Assembly (NCBI GenBank): GCA_964276515.1
Contig: OZ193909.1
Coordinates: 5,642,001 to 5,706,000 of the forward strand
Length of the DNA: 64,000 nucleotides
Direction: 5' to 3'
Source of the DNA: Gordius albopunctatus
Lineage: Eukaryota
A program made the position numbers and the translations under genes. The notes under the pieces were generated by a model. That model ran no database searches. It saw only the letters and a list, made by a program, of their open reading frames with translations, and had not been told where the DNA came from. Positions 1-13,276 of the stretch are shown here, piece by piece. Every line of letters begins with the position of its first letter. The first letter of the stretch is position 1.

Positions 1-47
1 ACAAGACAAAAATAATTAAGCTGTTTTTATATTTCCGCAAATTAGTT

Positions 48-1188
48 AATTGCTATGCAATTTATGGGCTCGTTTTTGGTTGTCCGTCGTCCGTCCGTCG
101 TCCATCCACCAAGTTATTGGCGCCAGCTTTTTTTTAATTAAATTAATATATTGTTTTAACACCATTGATAATATGACTTTTTGACCGTCCGCAGGCTACT
201 GACCATTGAAAAAAATTACCATTGGCCAAATAAATCGAAATTTTTTGTTCGTTTGTGAATAGGTTAACATTGATAATTACCCTATACTTTTTAATAATTG
301 CTATGCAATTTATCTAGTTTTTGGGTTAGAATCCCGGAGTTTTTTTTTGACTCTTATGATTGTTCTTGTTACTATCATTGATAATAAGACTTTTTGGCCG
401 TCCGCTGGCTGCTGACCAATGAAAAAAATGACCATTGGCCAAAATGTGTATCCGAGTTTATTTTTTCGTTTTTTTTTGACTATTATGATTGTTCCTGTTC
501 CTACCATTGCTATTATGACTTTTTGGCCGTCCGCTGGCTCCTGACCGATGGAAAAAATGACCATTGGCCAAAATGTGAATCGAAAATATTTTTTTCGTTT
601 TTTTGACTATTATGATTGTTCCTGTTCCTACCATTGCTATTATGACTTTTTGGCCGTCCGCTGGCTGCTGACCAATGGAATAAAATGACCATTGGCCAAA
701 ATGTTATTCGAAAATTTTTTTTTCGTTTTTTTTGACTGTTATGAATTTATATCCACTTTTACCGTGTCCTGGCTGCTGACCAATGGAAAAAAATGACCAT
801 TGGCCAAAATGTGAATCGAAATTATTTTTTCCGTTTTTTTTGACTATTATGATTGTTCCTGTTCCTACCATTGCTATTATGACTTTTTGGCCGTCCGCTG
901 GCTGCTGACCAATGGAATAAAATAACCATAAGGCTGGCTCTACTAATGTGAGTTCGAATCCCGGAGAAGGCAATTTTTTTAATTAAATCAAAAATTTGTA
1001 TTAATAATTAACTAATTATTTTACATTTAATACCCCCCCCCCGCCTATAGGCATTCTCACCCCTTCCCACCTTTCTCGCCCATAAATTGCATAGCAAATA
1101 TGATACATTTATACGGAGTGTGGATGAGTTCCCCCTTCCCTCCCCTCCTCCCCTTCCCCCTTCCCACGAGGGCCGAAGGCCCGAGTTT
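48..1188 (+). mobile_element. Helentron-associated/DINE-1-like non-autonomous element, copy 1
   Basis: Palindromic subterminal repeat AATTGCTATGCAATTTATGGGC at 48 with inverted copy GCCCATAAATTGCATAGCAA at ~1078; (GTCC/GTC)n microsatellite at ~82-107; ~100-bp central tandem repeats; 3' hairpin GGGCC-GAA-GGCCC (1170-1182) followed by a T-run. This layout matches the DINE-1/HINE architecture. Confidence 0.7.
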
Positions 1189-2006
1189 ATTTTCTACGAT
1201 CACTACATTTAAATTTTATAAGCATACACAAAATATAAAAATATCACTTTACATACTATATGGGGTTCAACTTAAAAAAAAATTTCAAAATTTTTGCTAA
1301 CATTATTTATTTTTATATTCAATCTTTGCATTTTTATGAATAAATTCATAATTAAAAAACTTGAAAAATAATCGAATGTTCGAATCGAATCATTATTTTA
1401 ATATTCGCCGACTCTCAAATCGAATATTTTTTCAAATAAAATTTAAACTCGGAGATTTTTGATGCTTGTATTTTATCAATCTATAATTTTATTATGTGCG
1501 TTTTATTTTTTAATAAATAATTTTACCAAAAAAGCGTTTGATTTAATTTTTAGCAATTATTAAAAATTCGGGCCCGGACCGGGCCTATTTTTGAATTTAA
1601 ATTCCGGGCCGGGCCTTAAAAACATCGATTTTGCAGGTCTCTAGTCATAACAACTCCAAAAGAAATATTCTAATCGAACCATGGGGCTACCTGAGACAGA
1701 AGCTAAAATTACTTTTATTACCCCCATTTAAAGTCTATCTTCCTTTATGGAGAAGAATAAATAAGTATGGTTGAGTGAGATTTTTATATTCTTATAAATA
1801 TGTATCCTGGCTACGTGCCAGATCCATAAATATGGGTATTAGCAGCTAGTTAAAATGGGGGGGAAATGGGATTGCATGTGCTGTGCGTGTGCCTTAGCGA
1901 AACAATGAAAATAACTTGTAAAATATGCTGGTATGGTACGGCTAGGGAGGGATTGAGTGTGGTGCTGTCTGGCTACACATTAGAAAGCCAATTAAATATT
2001 AAAAAA

Positions 2007-4149
2007 AAACTCGGGCCTTCGGCCCTCGTGGGAAGGGGGAAGGGGAGGAGGGGAGGGAAGGGGGAACTCATCTACACTCCGTATAAATGTATCATATTTG
2101 CTATGCAATTTATGGAAATACTTACGTGAATATTGCAAAACGAAGTTTGGAAGCACTAAATAAGTGTATATGCCAAATATCATAAAGGGGGAGAGAGGGA
2201 GCGAAGGGGAAGCTTTATGGTTAGTTAAATTCTACGGGAGTTGTATTACCAAAAAGTCATAATAGCAATGGTAGGAACAGGAACAATCATAATAGTCAAA
2301 AAAAACGAAAAAAAAATTTTCGAATCACATTTTGGCCAAAGGTCATTTTTTTCCATTGGTCAGCAGCCAGGACACGGTAAAAGTGGATATAAATTCATAA
2401 TAGTCAAAAAAACGAAAAAAAAGTTTTCGAATCACATTTTGGCCAATGGTTATTTTATTCCATTGGTCAGCAGCCAGCGGACGGCCAAAAAGTCATAATA
2501 GCAATGGTAGGAACAGGAACAATCATAATAGTCAAAAAAAACGGAAAAAATAATTTCGATTCACATTTTGGCCAATGGTCATTTTTTTCCATTGGTCAGC
2601 AGCCAGGACACGGTAAAAGTGGATATAAATTCATAACAGTCAAAAAAAACGAAAAAAAAATTTTCGAATCACATTTTGGCCAATGGTCATTTTATTCCAT
2701 TGGTCAGCAGCCAGCGGACGGCCAAAAAGTCATAATAGCAATGGTAGGAACAGGAACAATCATAATATTCAAAAAAAACGAAAAAATAAACTCGGATACA
2801 CATTTTGGCCAATGGTCATTTTTTTCATTGGTCAGCAGCCAGCGGACGGCCAAAAAGTCTTATTATCATTGATAGTAACAAGAACAATCATAAGAGTCAA
2901 AAAAAACTCCGGGATTCTAACCCAAAAACTAGATAAATTGCATAGCAATTATTAAAAAGTATAGGGTAATTATCAATGTTAACCTATTCAAAAACGAACA
3001 AAAAATTTCGATTTATTTGGCCAATGGTAATTTTTTTCAATTATCAATGTTAACTTATTCAAAAAGGAAAAACGAAAAATTAGGATTTATTTGGCCAATG
3101 TTCATTTTTTCATTGGTCAGTAGCCAGCGGACGGTCAAAAAGTCATATTATCAATGGTATTAACAAGAACAAAATATTAAATTAATTAAAAAAATAAAAA
3201 TTTTGCCCTCTCCGGGATTCGAACCCACATTAAATAGAGGCTTAAGCCTTTGGAGGGGAACAGGGAACCATATAAATAGAGCCATAGGCCCTTGTAGGGG
3301 AGGGCATAGGGTAATTATCAATGTTAAACTATTCAAAAACGAAAAATTAAAAATTTCGATTTATCTGGCCAGTGGTCATTTTTTCATTTGTCTAATAGCC
3401 TGCGGACGGTCAAAAATTCATATTATCAATGGTATTAACAAGAACAATATATTAATTTAATTTAAAAAAAAATAAAAATTTTTGTCCTCTCCGGGTCTCG
3501 AACCATCAATTTAGAACGTTCGCCGGGATTCAAACCCACATTAAATAGAGGCATAAGCCTTTGGAGGGGAACATGGAACCATATAAATACAGCCATAGGC
3601 CCTTGTAGGGGAGGGCATAGGGTAATTATCAATGTTAAACTATTCAAAAACGAAAAATTAAAAATTTCGATTTATCTGGCCAGTGGTCATTTTTTCATTG
3701 GTCAGTAGCCTGCGGACGGTCAAAAATTCATATTATCAATGGTATTAACAAGAACAATATATTAATTTAATTTAAAAAAAATAAAAATTTTTGTCCTCTC
3801 CGGGTCTCGAACCATCAATTTAGAACGTTCGCCGGGATTCAAACCCACATTAAATAGAGGCATAAGCCTTTGGAGGGGAACAGGGAACCATATAAATAGA
3901 GCCATAGGCCCTTGTAGGGGAGGGCATAGGGTAATTATCAATGTTAAACTATTCAAAAACGAAAAATTAAAAATTTCGATTTATCTGGCCAGTGGTCATT
4001 TTTTCATTGGTCAGTAGCCTGCGGACATTTTGTCGTCTCCGGGTCTCGAACCCGCAACCTCCAGGTCGGGAAGCTGGTGTAAATAACTTGGTGGACGACG
4101 GACGGACGGACGGACAACCAAAAACGAGCCCATAAATTGCATAGCAATT
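2007..4149 (-). mobile_element. Helentron-associated/DINE-1-like element, copy 2 (inverted relative to copy 1)
   Basis: Reverse-complement hairpin end CTCGGGCCTTCGGCCCTC at 2010; subTIR at ~2098 and 4127-4149; (GGAC)n at ~4093-4116; ~100-bp and ~300-bp tandem units between them. Confidence 0.7.
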
Positions 4150-4419
4150 AAAAAAAGCAATTAATCATTTTTAGGTATACTATTTTTTTCATTAAAAAAT
4201 ATTCCATGGATTCTGTTTCTGAATGGGACGATTCAATAGCTGTAAGCAAAGTAATTATTTTATTCAATAGGATTTTTTACAAGTGGTTTTAATTTTATAT
4301 CCACATTTTCTAGGTAATTAATAATTTAGTGAATATAATAATGATTTAAAATTACTTAGCAAGGGTTGGCATATGATATATAAACTAAATTTAAATTTTA
4401 CCCAGGTCTTTTTACAACA

Positions 4420-5503
4420 CTATTGTAGGGGCACAGGGACCCATATCAGTAGAAGCATAGGCCCTTGTAGGGGGGTAGACATAGGGTATTTATCAATGTT
4501 AACCTAATAAACAAAATGAAAAACGAAAAAAAAACTCGATTTATAATTTGGCCAATGGTTATTTTTTCATTGGCCAGTAGCCAGGACACGTTCAAAAAGT
4601 CATATTAATGGTATTAACAAGAACAATATATTAATTTAATTTAAAGAAAATAAAAATTTTGCCCTCTCAGGGTATCGAACCAGCAATTAAGAATTTGCCC
4701 TCGCCGGGATTCGAACTAGAGGCCTGCACGGGTCACCCAAAACCCGACAGGGTAAAAATTTTCGGATCAGGTTGGATTTATAGAGTCGGGTCAAAGGATA
4801 TGAATCTTACATTACAAAATGAACGAAACGCATTTGTTAAATTAATGCTATTATCTATAATTTTTGTAAAACAATATCGAATTGTATAGCTAATTATAAT
4901 CATTCATTCATATAATCAATTTCCTTTCCTATTTTTTTATTCGTTTAATTTGGAGGCAAATTTAAATTTAAAGCTGAATCACGAAAGGTAAAATATTAAC
5001 AAATGATTATTTATTATTGTAGTCTATTGAGTTAATTATAAATTTAACTACATAAAGATACTTGGTCGGGTTCGGGTTAAAATTTTAAAAACGCTTTCGG
5101 GTCGGGTTCGGGTTGAAAAAAAGTGACTTTGCAGGCCTCTAATTTGAACCCACCTTAATAGAGGCATATGCTTTTGTAGGGGCCCATATCAGTAGAGGCA
5201 TAAGCCCTTGTAAGGGAGGGCATAGGGTAATTATCAATGTTAACCTAATATATACCAATTCCAAAACGAAAAAAAAATTTCGATTCACAATTTGGCCAAT
5301 GGTCATTTTTTTCAATGGTCAGTAGCCAGAACACGGTCAAAAAGTCATATTATCAATGGTATTAACAAGAACAAAATATTATTTTAATTAAAAAAATTTT
5401 TATCCTCTCCGGGTATTGAACCAGCAAGTCAGAACGTTGAAAGGACGGACGGACAACGGACGGACGGACAACAAAAAGCGAGCCCATAAATTACATAGCA
5501 ATT
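4420..5503 (-). mobile_element. Helentron-associated element, partial copy 3
   Basis: Same repeat units, (GGAC)n at ~5443-5470 and subTIR GAGCCCATAAATTACATAGCAATT ending at 5503; left boundary approximate. Confidence 0.65.
4717..5141. mobile_element. hAT-type MITE nested in HINE copy 3
   Basis: TIRs TAGAGGCCTGCA...TGCAGGCCTCTA; 8-bp TSD ATTCGAAC/ATTTGAAC (1 mismatch); CGGGT subterminal repeats. Confidence 0.85.
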
Positions 5504-5787
5504 AAAAGGATATAATGTGTTCATCTAAATTAAAATCGTTTATAGATGGCGATAACCTAAATAATTCATTTACATTCATTTATTATTACAATATAGTCGA
5601 GAGTCGAGTATTCATTTGATATTATTATTTTATATATTGATATTAGGATACAATATTATTTTAATTTCTTTTTTAAATCTAAACAAATGATAATTATTAA
5701 TTTAATAAAAAAAATTGCTTAGTGACCTTCAGTCAAAATATTAGGATATAAAAAGTTTTTATATCCTAATAATAATTAATCCATATC

Positions 5788-6807
5788 TCATTTGGTATTA
5801 ATTTCATCAATGAAATTTTTGAGTATAATTAATCTTTCCAGCATATCATATAAGGAATGCCGTTTATGACAATCTAAAATTGGCTTTAGAAGATTTAATG
5901 ATTTGAGAAGCATCATGATAGTTGAAGTTCTCATTTTTTTATTAATCTGTCTAGCACGAGTAATAATAGGATAAGAAGGCAATTCCTTCATTGAATCATC
6001 TATTGCTAATTGAAGTGTGTGGGCAGCACACCGTATGCAATAAATGTTTGGAATATTTATTAGATTATAATTTATATCATAATCTTCATCTGATATATTA
6101 TCATCAAAATCTGCAAAAATATTAGTTTCACAAAGGCTGATATTATTTTCGTTATCTAACAATTTTATAGATTTAACCATATTGCTTCCATTGTCTGATG
6201 TTATTGTATAAATTTGATCATTTGTTATTTCATAAATGGCCATAACACTTTTTATAATATTTTTAATATTTTCCCCACTACTTTAGGTAAGTATTTCTTT
6301 CATTGGTAAGGTTCTTATTTGAATTTTACCATTATTAATGAATTGACAATTAATTCCTAAAATATACCTATCCAATCTTGTTACAGCATCCATCTTTAGA
6401 GAAACAAGTCTTCCCTTTATTTCATTTTTTATACCTCCCCTAATTTTATAAGCAGTCTCCATAACCTTTTTCCGAATTATATTTGTATTAATGCATATTT
6501 CTTTATTCATACCCTTGAGAATAGGGCTAATAATCTTTCTAAACCCACTGTCATCTACACAAGTAAATGGTCTTCCATTTAAAGTTACCATCTCAATAAG
6601 TCCTTCATATATTTGTTTCTCTGTAATCTTCACTTTGATTGTCAATTTTTCAAATATAGTGTCTAAAGTTGACTCTTGATTGGATTTGAGTTTTTTCGGA
6701 GAAGGACAAATATAAAATGCCTTCTTTTCTTCTTTATACTTGTCAAAGAGAGTTGAATGAAATTTTTCTAAATGTTTTTCAAGATTGGTTAAGTGTGCCC
6801 CTTTCAT
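5788..6807 (-). pseudogene. hAT transposase remnant
   Basis: Two in-frame ORFs split by a TAA at 6283. Motifs: BED-finger tail (TNLEKHLEKFH), RPFTCVDDSGFRKII, VSLKMDAVT (first catalytic D), TSDNGSNMVK (second D), CAAHTLQLAI (CxxH). C-terminus missing. Confidence 0.88.
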
Positions 6808-7049
6808 TTTTTACCACAATCTATGGCAAGGTATTCTGAATTATTTAATAATGGAGATATTTTATAATATTTCTTAATGAGGTTATTTTCCCTCACCCTA
6901 ATTCTTGAGATAATTAGTATTGATTAATGAATGAAAAATGCCGGAAACATAAAAATATTGAAATTAAAATCGTATGGTCTTCGTTTCGTTACATTGTCAT
7001 GATAGAGAAAACTGAGATATTCAATTCACAATATATTTTTGAATTAAAA

Positions 7050-7414
7050 ACCCCAACCCGAGCCCTTTTTTTATTCATCGGGTTCGGGTTTTAAGGGTAT
7101 TTTTTAAAATGGGTTCAGGTTCTGTAAGAAATCGGGTTTTACCCGGTTCGGGTTCGGGACAAACCCCTGATAAAACCATACCTTATGAATGGAAACCCCA
7201 AGGTGGCCTGACCATGGGGTTTATCAGGGTTTTGGGATTTGTTCCGACCTAAAATTTTGGCCTAGAGTTTGAATCAAGCCCCAAAATGTTAGTTTGGAAT
7301 CTTGGGAAACCCTTAGGTGGATGCAAAACCCAGGCTAAACCTAAAAGGTTTTAGGTTAGGTTGTTTTAAAATAACCTTACCTAAAACCTAAGGCTCCGGG
7401 TTTTCCCATCACTA
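7050..7414 (-). mobile_element. hAT-type terminal sequences upstream of the transposase
   Basis: AACCC/GGGTT subterminal repeat clusters; two candidate termini on the minus strand: CAGGGGTTTG starting at 7169 and TAGTGATGGG starting at 7414. Confidence 0.5.
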
Positions 7415-7600
7415 TATATACATTCTAAAGTGCCTAATTTTACTTATATACTAGCTGTGCCCGGCCAACCGTTGCTTTGGCTCAGTCCTTAAGTGGTTAA
7501 ATAAGTATAACCTATTAATAAGACTTATCTAAAATGGGGTCATATAAATAATTTATCGGCCCGTTAGCGGGGAAAGCGAGGAGGTAAAACGTGGCCTAGG

Positions 7601-9041
7601 TAGTGTTTCAATCTCGTCTCGGTCTCGAAAACAAAATCTCGTCTCGGGAGCGGTTTTGAAAATCTCAATCTCGTCTTGTCTCGGTCTAGAAAAATCTCGA
7701 TCTCGTCTCGACAAGAATTCTCGTCTCGTCTCGACTTTTTAAAAAAAAATATATACGGAATAAAAATTTATCCTGTTTTATCAAAAATATCAAATAAGTT
7801 TTAAAAAAATTAAATGGCAAATTTTTATATTTTTTGATAAACTTTAATACACAAACTTTTTAAAGATTTACCGGGACACGACATCTCATTGTCAATATAA
7901 AGATATGAATTCATTCAAAAAAATAACATTTTCTATGGAAAGTGCAGACTAAAAAACTATTAAATTTTATTGTTCTAGCAAATTATAACTTTTGTATCAA
8001 ATCACTGTGTTTGTCAACTATATCTATATAGACTTAGAAAATAATAAGTTCGGTTATAGTTGACTTAGTTGCACAATTTAGCAAATGAGACCCTTTATTA
8101 ACCCTGGCTAAAGTTTCAAAGTAGACCTTAACATATTTAAGGCAAATTTAAGTCCATTAGTACCATCATTAATTATAGCCCATAGTGTTTATTGCATGTT
8201 TACTATAGCGTTATAAACCACAATGTGCGAGTGACTTTTAATAGAATTGATAACTAGATGCACATATAAAAACGGGTAGAAACAACAATAAAAGCAGCAT
8301 TATTATAGGAATAAGAATAGAAGGTTTTAAACTTTAAATTGCACGTATTTAAATTTATGACAAAAATCATTATAATAAAATTAATATTCCAAATAATTAA
8401 CTCCCAGTTGTAACTAACTTTGCCATTTAATTGTTATTTATCGAATATAGTTGAAGCATAAAACTTATAGAAAACTCATGCTTTAGATTTAATCTATTGC
8501 GGTGTCATTAAATAATCCATTGTACTTTTGAAATCGTCAGGTGGGTGCTCAAAAGTCTCGAGCCACCTTAGCTTAACTAGTTTAATTATTCAAACTTATT
8601 GACCACCAATTTATAATTACCGCATTATGCAGGATGAGTAACTGCGAAATATAAATATGCTTTTTTATATTTACCATTCAATCAGAACTCACTTTAAGCC
8701 TATAATTTTCTAATATTTAATAATGCTATGGATTTAAATATGTGATAAAGATATTATAAAATTATTCACATACCCTAAGGGTCAACCATACTCAGGTAAA
8801 TTTTGCAAAAAATATAATATTTACAGGAATTTTTTTAATGTCAAATATATTCCATACGTATTGATTTACACTTAATACCTTAAATGTAAATCATGCAAAT
8901 TAAAATACACAATAATTTACTAAAATATAAGGTTAAAAAAAGTCGAGATCTCGCCGAAAAAATCTCGTATCGTCTCGTCTCGACATCAAAATTCTCGTCT
9001 CGATCTCGACTCCATTTTTCAAATTCTTTTCCGCATCACTA
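7601..9041. mobile_element. Non-autonomous hAT element with TCTCG subterminal repeats
   Basis: Termini TAGTG...CACTA; 8-bp TSD GGCCTAGG/GGCGTAGG; related to 37059-39458. Confidence 0.8.
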
Positions 9042-10292
9042 GGCGTAGGCTAGGGACATTTTTTCCCGTAGGGCCGTTTGAGTGGAAGCTGAGTAAAAAT
9101 ATTTTAGTGGATTAGTGAGATAAATACTGATGGTAGTTTTATATCCCCAAGAATTGATAACTAAAGGATTTATTGATTTAGTGTCCAGATTGAAGAATAT
9201 TTTCGAAGCTTCAAATTTATTTTTGTAATTATCGAATAAATCTATTTATTTAAAATTTATGGATCCGCGAAATAAGTTTATTAAGTTCTCTCTTCTGAGG
9301 GGTCCCATTTTCGTAGAATATATATATATTCTGTAAGCGAAAAGCGAAAAAATAAAAATGTGAAGTAAAAATTAAATATCACTAAATTATGGTAATTAAA
9401 ATCGACAAGGCAGGGTAATTAAAATACGTATCTATTTTTATCATCACAATACTACAAATATGAATCATCATAAACGGAACGCGTACAAGAAGTGTATGTG
9501 TGAGGGGGGGGGAGAAAAAGGGTAATAAAAAAACGTTAAGTACACTACAAACACCACAGGTAGTTTCCGATAAGGGACTATAGGAATATGCATTTCGATA
9601 TAGAAAAAAATATAACACGAAAGGTACCTGGTGCCGCCGGGTGTGAAAATAATCATTTTAACGGTAATGGGCAAGATAGTCTGAAAAATTGCATCAAAAT
9701 TGATTGAACATGTATAAAAAACAGAGTAAGTTATTACTAAGCTAAAAATATAAATAAATAAATTTAAAAAATTTAAAAAAGGTGTGGGACGTGAAATGCC
9801 CATATTTTGACAACTAATAGACCTAAGGGTAAAATTTGGATGCTTACTTAAATAACAACATAACATAATTTCTTTAATTCTTACCCTTTAAATTATCACA
9901 TAAAATTTCACAATATAAATAAGAAATAAATAAGTGGAAAACATAAATCTTACCATAATTATAAATAGGCAATGATATAAGATACATTATTCTAGAAAAA
10001 GAACATCAATAATGAACCTGGCCGGGAAATGTCCGATATTTTTAAAACGAAAATGTATTCAAATTTTCAAAGAACACGATGAGGTTACGTTTGATTGACA
10101 TCTTAATATACAGCAAAACGTATAAAAAAAAATATCTCGAAAACTAAAAGGAATTTTAGGAATCTGGAAAAACTATTTTACCTCTGGCCGCCCTGGGAAC
10201 CTACGGGTAAAGTTTCGCGCGAATCGGGAGCGTAATTTCAGAATTTAGCCCTTACATACATACATATATACATACACTTTACTTTATATATA

Positions 10293-13276
10293 TCTTATAT
10301 ATAAAAATGAAACTATGTATGTATGTATGTATGTATGTATGTATGTATGTATGTATGTATGTATGTATGTATGTATGTGTATGTATGTATGTATGTATGT
10401 ATGTATGTATGTATGTATGTATGTATGTATTTATGTATGTATGTATGTATGTATGTATGTATGTATGTATGTATGTATGTATGTATGTATGTATGTATGT
10501 ATGTATGTATGTATGTATGTATGTATGTATGTATGTATGTATGTATGTATGTATGTATGTATGTATGTATGTATGTATGTATGTATGTATGTATGTATGT
10601 ATGTATGTATGTATGTATGTATGTATGTATGTATGTATGTATGTATGTATGTATGTATGTATGTATGTATGTATGTATGTATGTATGTATGTATGTATGT
10701 ATGTATGTATGTATGTATGTATGTATGTATGTATGTATGTATGTATGTATGTATGTATGTATGTATGTATGTATGTATGTATGTATGTATGTATGTATGT
10801 ATGTATGTATGTATGTATGTATGTATGTATGTATGTATGTATGTATGTATGTATGTATGTATGTATGTATGTATGTATGTATGTATGTATGTATGTATGT
10901 ATGTATGTATGTATGTATGTATGTATGTATGTATGTATGTATGTATGTATGTATGTATGTATGTATGTATGTATGTATGTATGTATGTATGTATGTATGT
11001 ATGTATGTATGTATGTATGTATGTATGTATGTATGTATGTATGTATGTATGTATGTATGTATGTATGTATGTATGTATGTATGTATGTATGTATGTATGT
11101 ATGTATGTATGTATGTATGTATGTATGTATGTATGTATGTATGTATGTATGTATGTATGTATGTATGTATGTATGTATGTATGTATGTATGTATGTATGT
11201 ATGTATGTATGTATGTATGTATGTATGTATGTATGTATGTATGTATGTATGTATGTATGTATGTATGTATGTATGTATGTATGTATGTATGTATGTATGT
11301 ATGTATGTATGTATGTATGTATGTATGTATGTATGTATGTATGTATGTATGTATGTATGTATGTATGTATGTATGTATGTATGTATGTATGTATGTATGT
11401 ATGTATGTATGTATGTATGTATGTATGTATGTATGTATGTATGTATGTATGTATGTATGTATGTATGTATGTATGTATGTATGTATGTATGTATGTATGT
11501 ATGTATGTATGTATGTATGTATGTATGTATGTATGTATGTATGTATGTATGTATGTATGTATGTATGTATGTATGTATGTATGTATGTATGTATGTATGT
11601 ATGTATGTATGTATGTATGTATGTATGTATGTATGTATGTATGTATGTATGTATGTATGTATGTATGTATGTATGTATGTATGTATGTATGTATGTATGT
11701 ATGTATGTATGTATGTATGTATGTATGTATGTATGTATGTATGTATGTATGTATGTATGTATGTATGTATGTATGTATGTATGTATGTATGTATGTATGT
11801 ATGTATGTATGTATGTATGTATGTATGTATGTATGTATGTATGTATGTATGTATGTATGTATGTATGTATGTATGTATGTATGTATGTATGTATGTATGT
11901 ATGTATGTATGTATGTATGTATGTATGTATGTATGTATGTATGTATGTATGTATGTATGTATGTATGTATGTATGTATGTATGTATGTATGTATGTATGT
12001 ATGTATGTATGTATGTATGTATGTATGTATGTATGTATGTATGTATGTATGTATGTATGTATGTATGTATGTATGTATGTATGTATGTATGTATGTATGT
12101 ATGTATGTATGTATGTATGTATGTATGTATGTATGTATGTATGTATGTATGTATGTATGTATGTATGTATGTATGTATGTATGTATGTATGTATGTATGT
12201 ATGTATGTATGTATGTATGTATGTATGTATGTATGTATGTATGTATGTATGTATGTATGTATGTATGTATGTATGTATGTATGTATGTATGTATGTATGT
12301 ATGTATGTATGTATGTATGTATGTAGGCCGCCACCAATTTTGGAGAACTACCGGACCGATTTGGCTCAAAATTTCACAGTTTATTCCTCACACTCTGGAG
12401 CATGTTTTAAAATATGTTCGAGCTAAATCGGTCCAGTAGTTTTTGAAATATTTTGTTTTATACGTGTTGACGTTATAATGTCAATCAAACGCAACCTCAT
12501 CGTGTTCTTTGAAAATTTGAATATATACAGTTCTTTAGTAAAAGTGTATCACTTATAGTATTTTCTAAAACGTCATCTTTTTTTAACGGTGACAACATAA
12601 AATTTATCAATTAAACTTGAAATAAATAAAATTTCTTTCTAATTGGATTTTTTCATTCTTGGATTAGGCATGTGCTGCGGAAAATGGAAACTTTTTACGA
12701 TTTTAAACATTAAATCAAAGCATGGGCGTACGCAGGGTTACAATTAGGGGGGGGGGGGGTCAGATTAAAAAAAAAACATTTTCTCGACTATCCAAATATT
12801 TTCATGAGATTATAAGACTGTCGTGTCTCCTCCTGCGTGGCTAAATAAATTAAAAAATCTAATTTTGTCATTTTTTGTGCGTTAAATAAGGAGAAAAATG
12901 AAAATACTTTTAACAAAGTGCCAATAAATATTGATATATCTCAGTTCTTTGGACATTATTAAGTTCAGAATGTAAAGTTTTATTCAAAAACAAATAATTA
13001 TAATTATGATATTTTAATTACAAAAGAATATAAAAAAAGTTGCTTGAAGGGTCAAGGGGCCAAAGATTTTTCCCTTGGGGGGGGGGGCATGGGACCAGGT
13101 TTTCTCTCTTGGGTGGGCCTGGCTGGGCCTTGGACACCTTTTAACTATTTGTTTAAAAATTATAAAACTTTATTTTTACTTCAATAACCGCTTTATCATC
13201 ATATATGCCCTAAAATTCCAACATAATTTAATACGCCCAGGTAAATGGCAAAACAACGTTTGCCGGGTTCATCTAG
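10293..13276 (+). mobile_element. Non-autonomous Helitron (family H2, copy a)
   Basis: Starts A|TCTTATATATAAAAATG; ends with hairpin GGCAAA-acaacg-TTTGCC then CTAG|T; second copy at 23271-24317. Confidence 0.88.
10314..12325. repeat. (TATG)n microsatellite, about 2.0 kb
   Basis: Near-perfect tetranucleotide array with interruptions only near 10379 and 10431. Confidence 0.99.

Noticed and set aside
330..930. CRISPR-like regular repeats
   Set aside because: Whole units repeat with no unique spacers, no cas genes, eukaryotic context.
310..3956. Short repeated ORFs such as FFSIGQQPADGQKV and MPSPGFEP
   Set aside because: Translations of non-coding tandem units; homopolymer indels shift frames freely between units.
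10279..12439. Five ~670-710-aa ORFs (YIHT/MYVC repeats)
   Set aside because: Artefact of the stop-free (TATG)n microsatellite.
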